This document shows positions 25,706 to 35,526 of a stretch of 38,146 nucleotides of DNA, one piece after another (position 1 is the stretch's first letter; every line of letters begins with the position of its first letter). The translations under genes were made by a program, and so were the position numbers. Under the pieces are notes generated by a model. It did no database searches, was not told where the DNA came from, and saw only the letters and a list, made by a program, of their open reading frames with translations. Origin of the DNA: a virus (taxonomy: Duplodnaviria > Heunggongvirae > Uroviricota > Caudoviricetes); the IMG/VR virus record IMGVR_UViG_2695420714_000020; one strand, written 5' to 3'.

Positions 25706-27621
25706 GCACAAAATTTTATACCCTGCTGACGGATATTGGCGCGGCGAAACTTGCCAGCGCCACCGCGCTCGGTGTGCCGCTAAAAATTACCCATATGGCG
25801 GTGGGCGATGGCGGCGGAGTATTGCCAACGCCGGACGCAAAGCAGACGGCACTGGTAAATGAGAAACGCCGGGCTGCGCTGAATATGCTTTATATCGACC
25901 CGCAGAACAGCAGCCAGATTATTGCTGAACAGGTGATCCCTGAAAACGAGGGCGGTTGGTGGATACGTGAAGTGGGCTTGTTTGATGAGTCCGGGGCATT
26001 GATTGCCGTGGGTAACTGCCCGGAAAGCTATAAGCCGCAACTGGCTGAAGGCAGTGGGCGTACCCAGACCGTGCGCATGGTGCTGATTACCAGCAGTACG
26101 GACAATATCATCCTGAAAATCGACCCTGCTGTAGTGCTGGCAACCCGCAAGTATGTGGATGACAAAATATCAGAGCACGAACAGTCACGACGTCACCCGG
26201 ACGCCTCGCTGACCGCAAAAGGTTTTACTCAGTTAAGCAGTGCGACCAACAGTGAATCCGAAATACTGGCCGCAACACCGAAGGCTGTGAAGGCTGCATA
26301 TGATCTTGCAGCAGGTAAAGCATCCGCCAGTCACACGCACCCGTGGAGCCAGATAACAGATGTGCCTGCAGCTTCACTGACGGTAAAAGGCACCGTGCAA
26401 CTCAGCAGCGCTACTAACAGCACGTCAGAAACGCAGGCTGCCACACCAAAAGCCGTGAAGGCTGCATATGATCTTGCAGCAGGTAAAGCATCCGCCAGTC
26501 ACACACACCCGTGGAATCAGATAACGGATGTGCCTGCAGCTTCACTGACGGTAAAAGGCACCGTGCAACTCAGCAGCGCCACTAACAGCACGTCAGAAAT
26601 GCAGGCTGCCACACCAAAGGCAGTGAAGGCGGCATATGACCTTGCAGCAGGTAAGGCACCTGTCAGTCACACGCACCCGTGGAGCCAGATAACAGATGTG
26701 CCTGCAGCTTCACTGACGGTAAAAGGCACCGTGCAACTCAGCAGCGCTACTAACAGCACGTCAGAAACGCAGGCTGCCACACCAAAAGCCGTGAAGGCTG
26801 TATATGACCTTGCCAATGGAAAACAACCTGCCGACGCCACACTGACCGCACTGGCAGGCCTTGCCACTGCGGCAGACAAACTTCCGTATTTTACGGGGAA
26901 TGATACAGCCAGCCTGACAACCCTGACTAACGTTGGACGGAATATTCTGGATAAAGCAAGCACACAGGCGGTTATTCAATATCTTGGTCTGAGCGATGCA
27001 AGTGGATACGTTGGACGCTGGCTGAATACCCGGGTTTTCACCTCATCAGGTACGTACACCACGACGCCAGGAACAAAACGGATTAGGGTCACAATAACGG
27101 GCGGCGGTGGCGGAGGGGGCGGCTGCAAGGCTATATCCAATAATGAAACGTTTTTCGGTGCTGGCGGCGGGGCAGGTGGGACAGTAATCACCACGCTGAT
27201 CCTGACGAAGGATAGTTATCCTGTCACTATCGGCGCAGGTGGGGCCGGCGGCGTTAGTGCGACGAACGGCCTCAAGGGCGGTGATAGCTCGTTCGGATCG
27301 GTAATAGCCCCTGGTGGTGAAGGTGGTGGAAAATCAGGAGTCACAAACACGAACGGTGGTAACGGCGGTGTGCCAAGTACTGGCGGTATCAACATCATTG
27401 GTGGAAATGGAGGCGACGGTCAGTCCGGAAATATCGGCGTCAGCGGTGAAGGCGGAACATCGCACTGGGGTGGCGGTGGACGCGCAGGCGCTGGCGGTGG
27501 TGTTAGTGGTAAGGCATATGGTTCAGGTGGCGGTGGCGCATACGATGCCGGTTATAGCGGAACCAGTATGACAGGCGGGAAAGGTGCCGCTGGGATTTGT
27601 ATTATCGAGGAGTTTGCATAA
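25702..27621 (+). CDS. H: Tail fiber protein gpH with tandem repeats and glycine-rich C-terminal domain
   Basis: N-terminus MSTKFYTLLTDIGAAKLA...MAVGDGGG matches P2 H. Central 56-aa repeats (SSATNS...ATPKAVKAAYDLAAGK...SHTHPW). C-terminal ~180 aa are Gly-rich (GGGGGGGGC...GGNGG...). Confidence 0.9.
   Translation: MSTKFYTLLTDIGAAKLASATALGVPLKITHMAVGDGGGVLPTPDAKQTALVNEKRRAALNMLYIDPQNSSQIIAEQVIPENEGGWWIREVGLFDESGALIAVGNCPESYKPQLAEGSGRTQTVRMVLITSSTDNIILKIDPAVVLATRKYVDDKISEHEQSRRHPDASLTAKGFTQLSSATNSESEILAATPKAVKAAYDLAAGKASASHTHPWSQITDVPAASLTVKGTVQLSSATNSTSETQAATPKAVKAAYDLAAGKASASHTHPWNQITDVPAASLTVKGTVQLSSATNSTSEMQAATPKAVKAAYDLAAGKAPVSHTHPWSQITDVPAASLTVKGTVQLSSATNSTSETQAATPKAVKAVYDLANGKQPADATLTALAGLATAADKLPYFTGNDTASLTTLTNVGRNILDKASTQAVIQYLGLSDASGYVGRWLNTRVFTSSGTYTTTPGTKRIRVTITGGGGGGGGCKAISNNETFFGAGGGAGGTVITTLILTKDSYPVTIGAGGAGGVSATNGLKGGDSSFGSVIAPGGEGGGKSGVTNTNGGNGGVPSTGGINIIGGNGGDGQSGNIGVSGEGGTSHWGGGGRAGAGGGVSGKAYGSGGGGAYDAGYSGTSMTGGKGAAGICIIEEFA
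26212..26825 (+). repeat. Tandem 168-bp (56-codon) repeats inside the tail fiber gene, about 3.6 copies
   Basis: Unit starts at 26212, 26380, 26548 and 26716 with near-identical nucleotide sequence (for example GCTGCCACACCAAAAGCCGTGAAGGCTGCATATGA); the fourth copy diverges after about 36 codons. Confidence 0.85.
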
Positions 27622-28034
27622 TGAATGCGTCATATGCAGTTATTGAAAATGGGATGGTTGTGAATGTCATTGTCTGGGATGGCGAGGCTGAATTCACAGT
27701 GCCGGATAATCAGCAGCTCATTAATATTTCTGATATCAGTGAGCAGCCCGGAATCGGCTGGGTTTATTCAGACGGGGGATTTACTGCACCACCCACCCAG
27801 GAACGTTCTCATGATGAACTGGTAGCTGACGCTGAACAGAAAAAACAGTCGCTGTTAGACGCAGCAATGGCCAATATCAGCGTGATTCAGTTAAAGCTGC
27901 AGGCCGGGCGCAAACTGACGCAAGAGGAAACTACTCGACTTAACGTTGTGCTGGATTATATCGAGGCTGTGACGGCAACAGATACCAGCACCGCACCTGA
28001 TATTATTTGGCCTGTTTTCCCTGCAAGCAGATAA
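27621..28034 (+). CDS. G: Tail fiber assembly chaperone (gpG/Tfa-like)
   Basis: ATG overlaps the H stop (TAATG); C-terminal TDTSTAPDIIWPVFP matches the conserved Tfa C-terminal motif. Confidence 0.8.
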   Translation: MNASYAVIENGMVVNVIVWDGEAEFTVPDNQQLINISDISEQPGIGWVYSDGGFTAPPTQERSHDELVADAEQKKQSLLDAAMANISVIQLKLQAGRKLTQEETTRLNVVLDYIEAVTATDTSTAPDIIWPVFPASR

Positions 28035-28046
28035 ATACCGTCATTT

Positions 28047-28064
28047 TGTGTGAATAACGGTACA
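28047..28064. promoter_or_regulatory. Late-promoter activator dyad TGT-N12-ACA upstream of the sheath gene (PF)
   Basis: TGTGTGAATAACGGTACA, closely similar to the 16737 dyad (shared TGTGTG...CGGTACA). Confidence 0.5.
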
Positions 28065-28140
28065 ACTGCGCTTAGCTGCTTGTCAGACACAATCACTTCA
28101 ACATAGGGCGAAGCCTAATCCAATCAGGAGGTTCGCCACT

Positions 28141-29313
28141 ATGGCTCAGGATTACCACCACGGAGTGCGCGTTGTTGAAGTCAACGAAGGCACTCGATCC
28201 ATTACCACGGTGAGCACCGCCATCGTGGGCATGGTCTGCACGGGCGATGATGCCGATGCAAAAATGTTCCCTCTTAATAAACCCGTGCTGATCACTGATG
28301 TGCTTACTGCCAGCGGTAAGGCGGGTGAATCCGGTACGCTGGCCCGTTCGCTGGATGCCATCGCTGACCAGGCAAAACCCGTGACCGTTGTTGTGCGTGT
28401 GCCGCAGGGTGAAACGGAAGAAGAAACCACGACCAATATCATCGGCGCAGTGACTGCTGAAGGTAAAAAAACTGGTATGAAAGCCCTGTTATCTGCCCAG
28501 TCACAGCTCGGTGTTAAACCGCGCATTCTCGGCGTGCCGGGGCACGATAATAAAGCCGTTGCTACTGAGTTGCTGGGCGTGGCGCAAAGCCTGCGTGGGT
28601 TTGCTTACCTGTCAGCGTATGGCTGCAAGACGGTGCAGGAGGCGATCACTTACCGTAAAAACTTCAGTCAGCGTGAAGGGATGCTGATTTGGCCTGACTT
28701 TACTGGCTGGGACACGGTGCTGAATGCCGACGCAACGGCATATGCCACCGCCCGTGCGCTTGGTCTGCGTGCCAAAATTGATGAGCAGACAGGGTGGCAC
28801 AAAAGCCTGTCCAACGTGGGCGTGAACGGTGTCACCGGAATTTCTGCTGATGTGTTCTGGGATCTGCAGGACCCGGCAACTGATGCGGGACTACTTAACC
28901 AGAACGATGTTACCACACTTATCCGCAAAGACGGCTTTCGCTTCTGGGGTTCCCGCTGCCTGAGTGATGACCCACTCTTTGCCTTCGAAAACTACACCCG
29001 CACGGCGCAGGTGCTGATGGACACGATGGCAGAAGCGCCAATGTGGGCGGTCGACAAACCGCTGAATCCGTCGCTGGCCCGCGACATTATCGAAGGTATC
29101 CGCGCCAAAATGCGCAGCCTGATCAGTCAGGGCTATCTCATTGGTGGCGATTGCTGGCTGGATGAGTCGGTGAACGACAAAGACACTCTGAAAGCTGGAA
29201 AACTCACCATCGACTACGACTACACACCAGTGCCGCCACTTGAAAACCTGATGCTGCGTCAGCGCATCACCGATCAGTACCTGGTGAATTTCTCCAGCCA
29301 GGTCAGCGCGTAA
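28141..29313 (+). CDS. FI: Tail sheath protein gpFI
   Basis: 390 aa; N-terminus [31 protein letters not shown] matches P2 FI. Confidence 0.92.
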   Translation: MAQDYHHGVRVVEVNEGTRSITTVSTAIVGMVCTGDDADAKMFPLNKPVLITDVLTASGKAGESGTLARSLDAIADQAKPVTVVVRVPQGETEEETTTNIIGAVTAEGKKTGMKALLSAQSQLGVKPRILGVPGHDNKAVATELLGVAQSLRGFAYLSAYGCKTVQEAITYRKNFSQREGMLIWPDFTGWDTVLNADATAYATARALGLRAKIDEQTGWHKSLSNVGVNGVTGISADVFWDLQDPATDAGLLNQNDVTTLIRKDGFRFWGSRCLSDDPLFAFENYTRTAQVLMDTMAEAPMWAVDKPLNPSLARDIIEGIRAKMRSLISQGYLIGGDCWLDESVNDKDTLKAGKLTIDYDYTPVPPLENLMLRQRITDQYLVNFSSQVSA

Positions 29314-29322
29314 GGGGACAAC

Positions 29323-29838
29323 ATGGCTTTACCACGCAAATTAAAACACCTCAACCTGTTTAACGACGGGAACAACTGGCAGGGGATCGTTGAGTCGCTG
29401 ACGCTGCCGAAATTCACCCGCAAATATGAGAAGTATCGCGGTGGCGGAATGCCGGGTGCAGTGGATGTGGATTTGGGGCTGGATGATAGTGCGCTGGACA
29501 CAGAATTTTCCATTGGTGGTACTGAACTGCTGCTGTTTAAGCAGATGGGCAAAGTCACGGTGGATGGTATCCAGTTGCGCTTTACCGGCTCTATTCAGCG
29601 TGACGATACCGGGGAAGTGCAGGCCGTGGAGCTTGTGGTGCGTGGACGTCACAAAGAAGTGGATTCCGGCGAGTGGAAGACGGGCGAAAGCAACACCACC
29701 AAAGTGACCAGTACCAACAGCTACGCGAAGCTGACTATCAATGGTGAGGTGCTCTATGAAGTGGACCTTATCAACATGGTGGAAATTGTGGACGGCGTGG
29801 ACCTGATGGAAGCGCACCGCAACGCCCTCGGCCTCTGA
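29323..29838 (+). CDS. FII: Tail tube protein gpFII
   Basis: 171 aa, directly after the sheath gene. Confidence 0.9.
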   Translation: MALPRKLKHLNLFNDGNNWQGIVESLTLPKFTRKYEKYRGGGMPGAVDVDLGLDDSALDTEFSIGGTELLLFKQMGKVTVDGIQLRFTGSIQRDDTGEVQAVELVVRGRHKEVDSGEWKTGESNTTKVTSTNSYAKLTINGEVLYEVDLINMVEIVDGVDLMEAHRNALGL

Positions 29839-29892
29839 TGTATCTGAACGGCGCGGGATTCCGCGCCAGAACCCAATTGACAGGACAGAAAA

Positions 29893-30195
29893 ATGAGCGA
29901 TAAGCAGACTGAAAAGACTATTCAACTGGATACCCCTATCAAGCGCGGTAAAACGGAAATCACCGAAATTGTGCTGCGTAAACCGCAGTCCGGTGCACTG
30001 CGCGGTACACGCCTGCAGGCTATTATGGATATGGATGTGAACGCGATGATGACCGTGATCCCCCGCATCTCCAGCCCGGCACTGACTGCACAGGAAATTG
30101 CAGAGATGGACCCGGCAGATCTCACCGCTATGTCGGTTGAGGTTGTCACTTTTTTGTTGAAGAAGTCGGTACTTGCCGGTTTACCGACAGCCTGA
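29893..30195 (+). CDS. E: Tail assembly chaperone gpE (with -1 frameshift extension E' to 30329)
   Basis: 100-aa ORF with slippery heptamer T-TTT-TTG at 30150..30156 in the XXXYYYZ phase. The -1 frame from 30156 stays open to the TGA at 30327..30329, overlapping the T start, as in P2 E/E'. Confidence 0.8.
   Translation: MSDKQTEKTIQLDTPIKRGKTEITEIVLRKPQSGALRGTRLQAIMDMDVNAMMTVIPRISSPALTAQEIAEMDPADLTAMSVEVVTFLLKKSVLAGLPTA
30150..30156 (+). other. Programmed -1 ribosomal frameshift slippery site TTTTTTG (E to E+E')
   Basis: Heptamer in the correct phase within gpE; downstream -1 frame open for 58 codons, ending just after the tape measure start. Confidence 0.7.
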
Positions 30196-30321
30196 CGGTT
30201 GACGATCTGGTGGCTGATATCGCCACCATCTTTCACTGGCCGCCATCCGTTACTGACGTTATGCCGCTGACCGAAGTGCTGGAATGGCGGTATAAAGCGA
30301 TTCAGAGAAGCGGGGCCAACG

Positions 30322-33300
30322 ATGAGTGATAATAACCTGCGCCTGCAGGTCATTCTTAATGCGGTTGACAAACTCACCCGCCCATTCCGTGCTGCACAGG
30401 CCAGTTCGAAAGAGCTGGCTGGCGCAATCAGAAACTCCCGTGACGCATTAAAGCAACTCAATCAGGCGGGTAACAGCTTGGAAAAATTTCGCAAGCTGCA
30501 GGCCGATAACAAGAAGTTAGGCGACAGGCTGAACTATGCCAGACAGAAGGCAAATTTGCTTAGTTCTGAGCTGGAAGCGATGGAACAACCATCACAACGG
30601 CACCTTGTGGCTTTAGGTCGGCAAACGCTGGCAGTCCAACGCCTGGAAGAACAACAAAAATATTTGCAGAAGCAAACGGCGCTTGTGCGTGCAGAACTGT
30701 ACCGGACGGGAATTTCTGCGAAAGATGATGCGGGAGCAACTGCCCGTTTAGCCCGTGAAACATCACGTTATAACCAGGAATTGTCGAAACAGGAGGCGCG
30801 GCTGAAGCGACTGGGTGAAGCTCAGCGCAGGATGAATGCGGCGCGTGCCAGTTATGCCCGTTCGCTGGAGGTGCGCGATCGTATTGCAGGAGCCGGAGCC
30901 ACTACCACGGCTGCAGGGCTGGCAATGGGGACGCCAGTGATGGCGGCAGTAAAAAGCTATACCAGCATGGAAGATGCCATGAAAGGTGTGGCAAAGCAGG
31001 TCAATGGTCTGCGTGACGATAATGGAAACCGTACTGCACGTTTTTATGAAATGCAGGATGCCATCAAGGCTGCCAGCGAACAGTTGCCGATGGAAAACGG
31101 TGCGGTGGACTTCGCTGCACTGGTTGAAGGTGGTGCGCGCATGAACGTCGCAGACCCTGACGACAGCTGGGAAGACCAGAAACGTGACCTGCTGGCCTTC
31201 GCCAGTACGGCAGCAAAGGCGGCAACAGCCTTTGAGCTGCCAGCGGATGAACTGTCAGAAAGTCTGGGGAAAATCGCCCAGCTCTACAAAATACCTACCC
31301 GCAATATTGAACAGCTCGGCGATGCGCTGAACTATCTGGATGATAACGCCATGTCGAAAGGGGCGGACATCATTGATGTGATGCAACGTCTGGGCGGTGT
31401 GGCTGACCGTCTGGATTATAGTAAAGCGGCGGCACTGGGTTCCACCTTTCTGACACTGGGCGCTGCGCCGGAGGTTGCAGCCAGTGCAGCAAACGCGATG
31501 GTGCGTGAATTGTCCATTGCCACCATGCAAAGCAAGAGTTTCTTTGAAGGGATGAATCTGCTGAAACTCAATCCTGAAGTGATTGAAAAGCAGATGACGA
31601 AGGATGCGATGGGAACTATCCAGCGTGTGCTGGAGAAGGTGAACGCACTGCCGCAGGACAAGCGTCTGTCTGCCATGACCATGTTGTTTGGTAAAGAGTT
31701 TGGCGATGACGCGGCGAAACTGGCAAACAACCTGCCGGAACTACAGCGCCAGCTAAAACTGACAGCGGGCAATGATGCGCTCGGTTCCATGCAGAAAGAA
31801 TCCGACATCAACAAGGACTCACTTTCTGCTCAGTGGTTGCTGGTTAAAACCGGAGCGCAGAATACCTTCAGCAGCCTGGGAGAAACGCTGTGCCAGCCGC
31901 TGATGGATATTCTGTACACGGTGAAAAGCGTTACGGGAGCGTTGCGTCGCTGGGTGGAAGCTAACCCGGAACTGACGGGCACACTGATGAAAGTAGCCGC
32001 TATTGTGGCTGCGGTTACCGTAGGCCTCGGCACCTTGGCTGTGGCGCTGGCTGCAGTGCTGGGGCCGCTGGCAGTCATCCGTCTGGGATTCTCTGTGCTG
32101 GGCATCAAAACGTTACCTTCCATTACGGCAGCAGTAACACGAACTAGCAGCGCGTTGTCCTGGCTGGCTGGCTGGCGCTCCACTGGCAGTGCTGCGACGC
32201 GGGCTTGCTTCATCGGGTAACGCAGCGGGTTTACTTACTGCGCCGTTGTCGTCTTTGCGCCGTACGGCATCACTGACGGGAAATGTCCTGAAAACTGTAG
32301 CAGGTGCGCCGGTTGCACTATTGCGGTCTGGATTATCCGCTTTACATGCTGTTGCTGTGATGTTTATGAATCCTCTGGCGGTACTGCGCGGTGGACTGGC
32401 TGCCGTAGGCGCGGTGCTTCGTGTGCTTGCATCTGGTCCGCTGGCGATGCTGCGCGTTGCCCTGTATGCCATATCTGGTCTGTTAGGTGCTCTGCTCAGT
32501 CCGATAGGTCTTGTGGTTACTGCACTGGCGGGCGTGGCGCTGGTTGTCTGGAAATACTGGCAACCCATCACCGCATTTCTCGGTGGCGTGGTGGAAGGAT
32601 TCAAAGCGGCGGCAGGTCCCATCAGTGCTGCATTCGAACCACTTAAGCCTGTGTTTCAGTGGATTGGCGACAAAGTACAGGCGCTGTGGGGCTGGTTTAC
32701 TGATCTGCTGACGCCCGTTAAGTCGACCTCTGCCGAACTGCAGAGTGCAGCGGCAATGGGGCGGCGATTCGGGGAGGCACTGGCGGAAGGGCTGAATATG
32801 GTCATGCATCCGCTGGACTCCCTGAAATCCGGCGTTTCCTGGTTGCTGGAGAAGCTCGGCATTGTCAGTAAAGAGGCCGCAAAGGCAAAACTGCCGGAAA
32901 GCGTGACGCGTCAGCAACCTGCGACGGTGAATGCAGACGGTAAAGTGATGATGCCATCGGGTGGTTTTCCATCATGGGGATATGGCTTTGCGGGGATGTA
33001 TGACAGCGGCGGGTATATCCCGCGCGGGCAGTTTGGCATCGTCGGTGAAAACGGGCCGGAAATTGTTAACGGCCCGGCAAATGTGACCAGCCGGAGAAAT
33101 ACAGCTGCACTGGCTGCCGTTGTTGCCGGAATGATGGGCGTTGCTGCCGCGCCTGCAGAGCTTCCACCGTTGCATCCTTTGGCACTTCCCGCGAAAGGCG
33201 GCGAAGCGATGGTGAGTCGTGCAGCCACTGTGCCGCCCGTTCACCGGATTGAGGCACCGACGCAGATCATCATTCAGACGCAGCTAGGACAAAGTGCGCA

Positions 33301-33403
33301 GGATATTGCGCGGGAGGTGGCACGCCAGCTTGATGAACGTGAACGCAGGCTGAAGGCAAAAGCCAGGAGTAACTACAGCGATCAGGGGGGATACGACGCA
33401 TGA
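30322..33403 (+). CDS. T: Tail tape measure protein gpT, reading frame interrupted (two ORFs: 30322..32220 and 32189..33403)
   Basis: Ala/Leu-rich tape-measure-like sequence split across frames 1 and 2 with an 83-bp overlap; the (TGGC)4 tract at 32161..32176 lies in the overlap. Position between E' and U. Confidence 0.8.
32161..32176 (+). repeat. (TGGC)4 tetranucleotide repeat at the tape measure frameshift point
   Basis: Removing one TGGC unit joins the two ORFs into a continuous reading ...SALSWLAGAPLAVLRRGLASS... Confidence 0.8.
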
Positions 33404-33885
33404 TGATGGTGCTGGGATTGTACGTGTTTATGCTGCGCACCGTTCCGTATCAGGAACTGCAGTATCAACGCAGCTGGCGACATGCGGCAAACAGCCGGGT
33501 AAACCGTCGTCCGTCCACGCAGTTTCTGGGACCGGACAACGACATGCTGACGCTTTCCGGTGTTCTTATGCCGGAGATAACAGGCGGCAGGCTGTCGTTG
33601 CTGGCTCTGGAGCAGATGGCAGAACAGGGGAAAGCATGGCCCCTGATTGAAGGTAGCGGCACGATTTACGGCATGTATGTGATTGAGGGACTGAATCAGA
33701 CTAAAACGGAGTTTTTCCGCGACGGTATGCCGCGCCGGATTGAGTTCACCCTGTCGCTCAAACGGGTGGATGAATCCCTGTCCGATATGTTCGGTGATCT
33801 CAATTCGCAGCTGAATAAGCTGCAGGACACGGCAACATCTGCATTAAGCGATATCAGTAAAACTGTGGGAGGGCTGTTGTCGTGA
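33400..33885 (+). CDS. U: Tail protein gpU
   Basis: 161 aa starting MMMVLGLYVFMLRTVPYQELQYQRSWRH; follows the tape measure. Confidence 0.85.
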   Translation: MMMVLGLYVFMLRTVPYQELQYQRSWRHAANSRVNRRPSTQFLGPDNDMLTLSGVLMPEITGGRLSLLALEQMAEQGKAWPLIEGSGTIYGMYVIEGLNQTKTEFFRDGMPRRIEFTLSLKRVDESLSDMFGDLNSQLNKLQDTATSALSDISKTVGGLLS

Positions 33886-34982
33886 ATTTCAGCTCTGAAC
33901 TGCTTAACAAAGGTAACAAAACTCCCGCATTCAGCATCAGTATTGAGGGCAGGGATATCACCACTGTGCTGGATAACCGCCTGATGAGGCTGACGCTGAC
34001 GGATAACCGGGGCTTTGAAGCGGACCAGCTTGATCTGGAGCTGGACGACGCCGATGGAAAAATAGCGCTGCCGCGCCGTGGTGCTGTCATTACGCTGGCG
34101 CTGGGCTGGAAGGGGCAGCCGCTTTTCCCGAAAGGGGCATTCACGGTGGACGAGATTGAACACACTGGCGCACCGGACCGCCTGACTATCCGGGCGCGAA
34201 GTGCTGATTTTCGGGAAACGCTGAATACCCGCCGTGAAAAATCGTGGCATAAGACCACCGTCGGGGAAGTGGTGAAGGAAATAGCCTCGCGGCATAAGCT
34301 GAAGATGGCACTGGGTAAAGACCTGTCGGATAAGCTCGTAGAGCATATAGACCAGACTAATGAGAGTGACGGTAGTTTTCTGATGCGGCTGGCGCGACAG
34401 TACGGTGCCATCGCGTCGGTGAAAAATGGCAATCTGTTATTCATCCGGCAGGGGCAGGGCAAAAGCGCCACTGGTAAACCACTGCCGGTGATCACTATCA
34501 CACGCAAGGACGGCGACAGTCACCGCTTTACCCTGGCAGATCGCGGAGCCTACACGGGCGTAATTGCCAGTTGGTTGCATACCCGCGAACCCGCGAAGAA
34601 AGAAAGCACCACGGTGAAGCGTAAGCGCAGGACTAAGAAGCAGAAGAAAGAGCCGGAAGCGAAGCAGGGCGATTACCTGGTGGGTACGGATGAAAACGTG
34701 CTGGTACTTAATCGCACCTATGCTAATCGGAGTAACGCCGAACGGGCAGCGAAAATGCAGTGGGAACGCCTGCAACGCGGCGTTGCGTCATTCTCGCTAC
34801 AACTGGCGGAAGGGCGGGCAGATCTCTACACGGAAATGCCAGTGAAAGTCAGTGGCTTTAAACAGCCGATAGATGATGCGGAATGGACCATTACGACTCT
34901 GACGCATACCGTCAGCCCGGATAACGGTTTTACGACCAGTCTGGAGCTTGAAGTGAGGATTGATGATTTCGAAATGGAATGA
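33882..34982 (+). CDS. D: Tail protein gpD (late control gene D)
   Basis: 366 aa, GTG start overlapping the U stop; last gene of the tail operon before ogr. Confidence 0.85.
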   Translation: MNFSSELLNKGNKTPAFSISIEGRDITTVLDNRLMRLTLTDNRGFEADQLDLELDDADGKIALPRRGAVITLALGWKGQPLFPKGAFTVDEIEHTGAPDRLTIRARSADFRETLNTRREKSWHKTTVGEVVKEIASRHKLKMALGKDLSDKLVEHIDQTNESDGSFLMRLARQYGAIASVKNGNLLFIRQGQGKSATGKPLPVITITRKDGDSHRFTLADRGAYTGVIASWLHTREPAKKESTTVKRKRRTKKQKKEPEAKQGDYLVGTDENVLVLNRTYANRSNAERAAKMQWERLQRGVASFSLQLAEGRADLYTEMPVKVSGFKQPIDDAEWTITTLTHTVSPDNGFTTSLELEVRIDDFEME

Positions 34983-35072
34983 TTCTTCGCAATGGAGAAC
35001 TTTTAAGTTTGTAAAATAGAATAATGCGGTATCATTATTGTGAATTTAGCAAAAATGGGGAGAGCTCGAAAA

Positions 35073-35291
35073 ATGATGATTTGCCCACTGTGTGGAAGTG
35101 CCGCCCATACTCGCAGCAGTTTTCAGGTATCTTCATTGACCAAAGAGCGTTACAACCAGTGCCAGAACATTAACTGCAGCCATACTTTTGTTACCCATGA
35201 AACTTTTGTTCGTTCGATTGCAACGCCAAAAGAGTCAAATCCGGTTCAGCCGCATCCAATGAAATCAGGACAGGTGGCGCTCTCTCTTTGA
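35073..35291 (+). CDS. ogr: Ogr/Delta-type zinc-finger late transcription activator
   Basis: From ATG 35073: MMICPLCGSAAHTRSSF...ERYNQCQNINCSHTF (CxxC-N22-CxxxxC), P2 Ogr-like, about 72 aa. Confidence 0.85.
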   Translation: MMICPLCGSAAHTRSSFQVSSLTKERYNQCQNINCSHTFVTHETFVRSIATPKESNPVQPHPMKSGQVALSL

Positions 35292-35313
35292 CGCTGCCGC
35301 CATTTTGTCGCCA
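35292..35313. repeat. attR core: right copy of 22-bp direct repeat CGCTGCCGCCATTTTGTCGCCA
   Basis: Immediately after the ogr stop; matches 19..40 at 21 of 22 positions. Confidence 0.6.
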
Positions 35314-35377
35314 TCGTTAAAAAACAGTGCTTCTAACATCATGATTTTAAACAGCTTAAATTTCAGGCAACAAAAAA

Positions 35378-35414
35378 CCCATCAACCTTGAACCGAAATG
35401 GCGGGGTTGATGGG
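35378..35414 (-). terminator. Rho-independent terminator of ybjL
   Basis: Perfect 10-bp stem CCCATCAACC/GGTTGATGGG; on the minus strand it is followed by a T6 tract (plus-strand AAAAAA at 35372..35377), about 110 bp downstream of the ybjL stop. Confidence 0.65.
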
Positions 35415-35526
35415 CTCCACAAAATGGGGACATCAAAGAAAAGCAGTGGCACTAATTAAGACTGATGCCCTGCGGAAAAGTTCTGCGGTTGTGCAAAAAA
35501 ATTTCATTTTCAGGGCAACTTCAGTT

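Noticed and set aside
29341-30461. Minus-strand ORFs (29341..29925, 29922..30461) overlapping FII, E and the tape measure start
   Set aside because: Antisense to the strongly supported tail tube and chaperone genes; no independent support.
31255-34507. Several minus-strand ORFs (for example 32113..32622, 32483..32917, 33696..34346, 33854..34507) within the tape measure, U and D genes
   Set aside because: All embedded antisense in GC-rich late genes with low-complexity translations; rejected as artefacts.
35292-35526. tRNA gene as integration target at the right junction
   Set aside because: No cloverleaf-compatible sequence or conserved tRNA motif (such as GTTCGAATC) seen by eye; the region instead holds the ybjL intrinsic terminator. 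A formal tRNAscan-SE run would be needed to exclude it.
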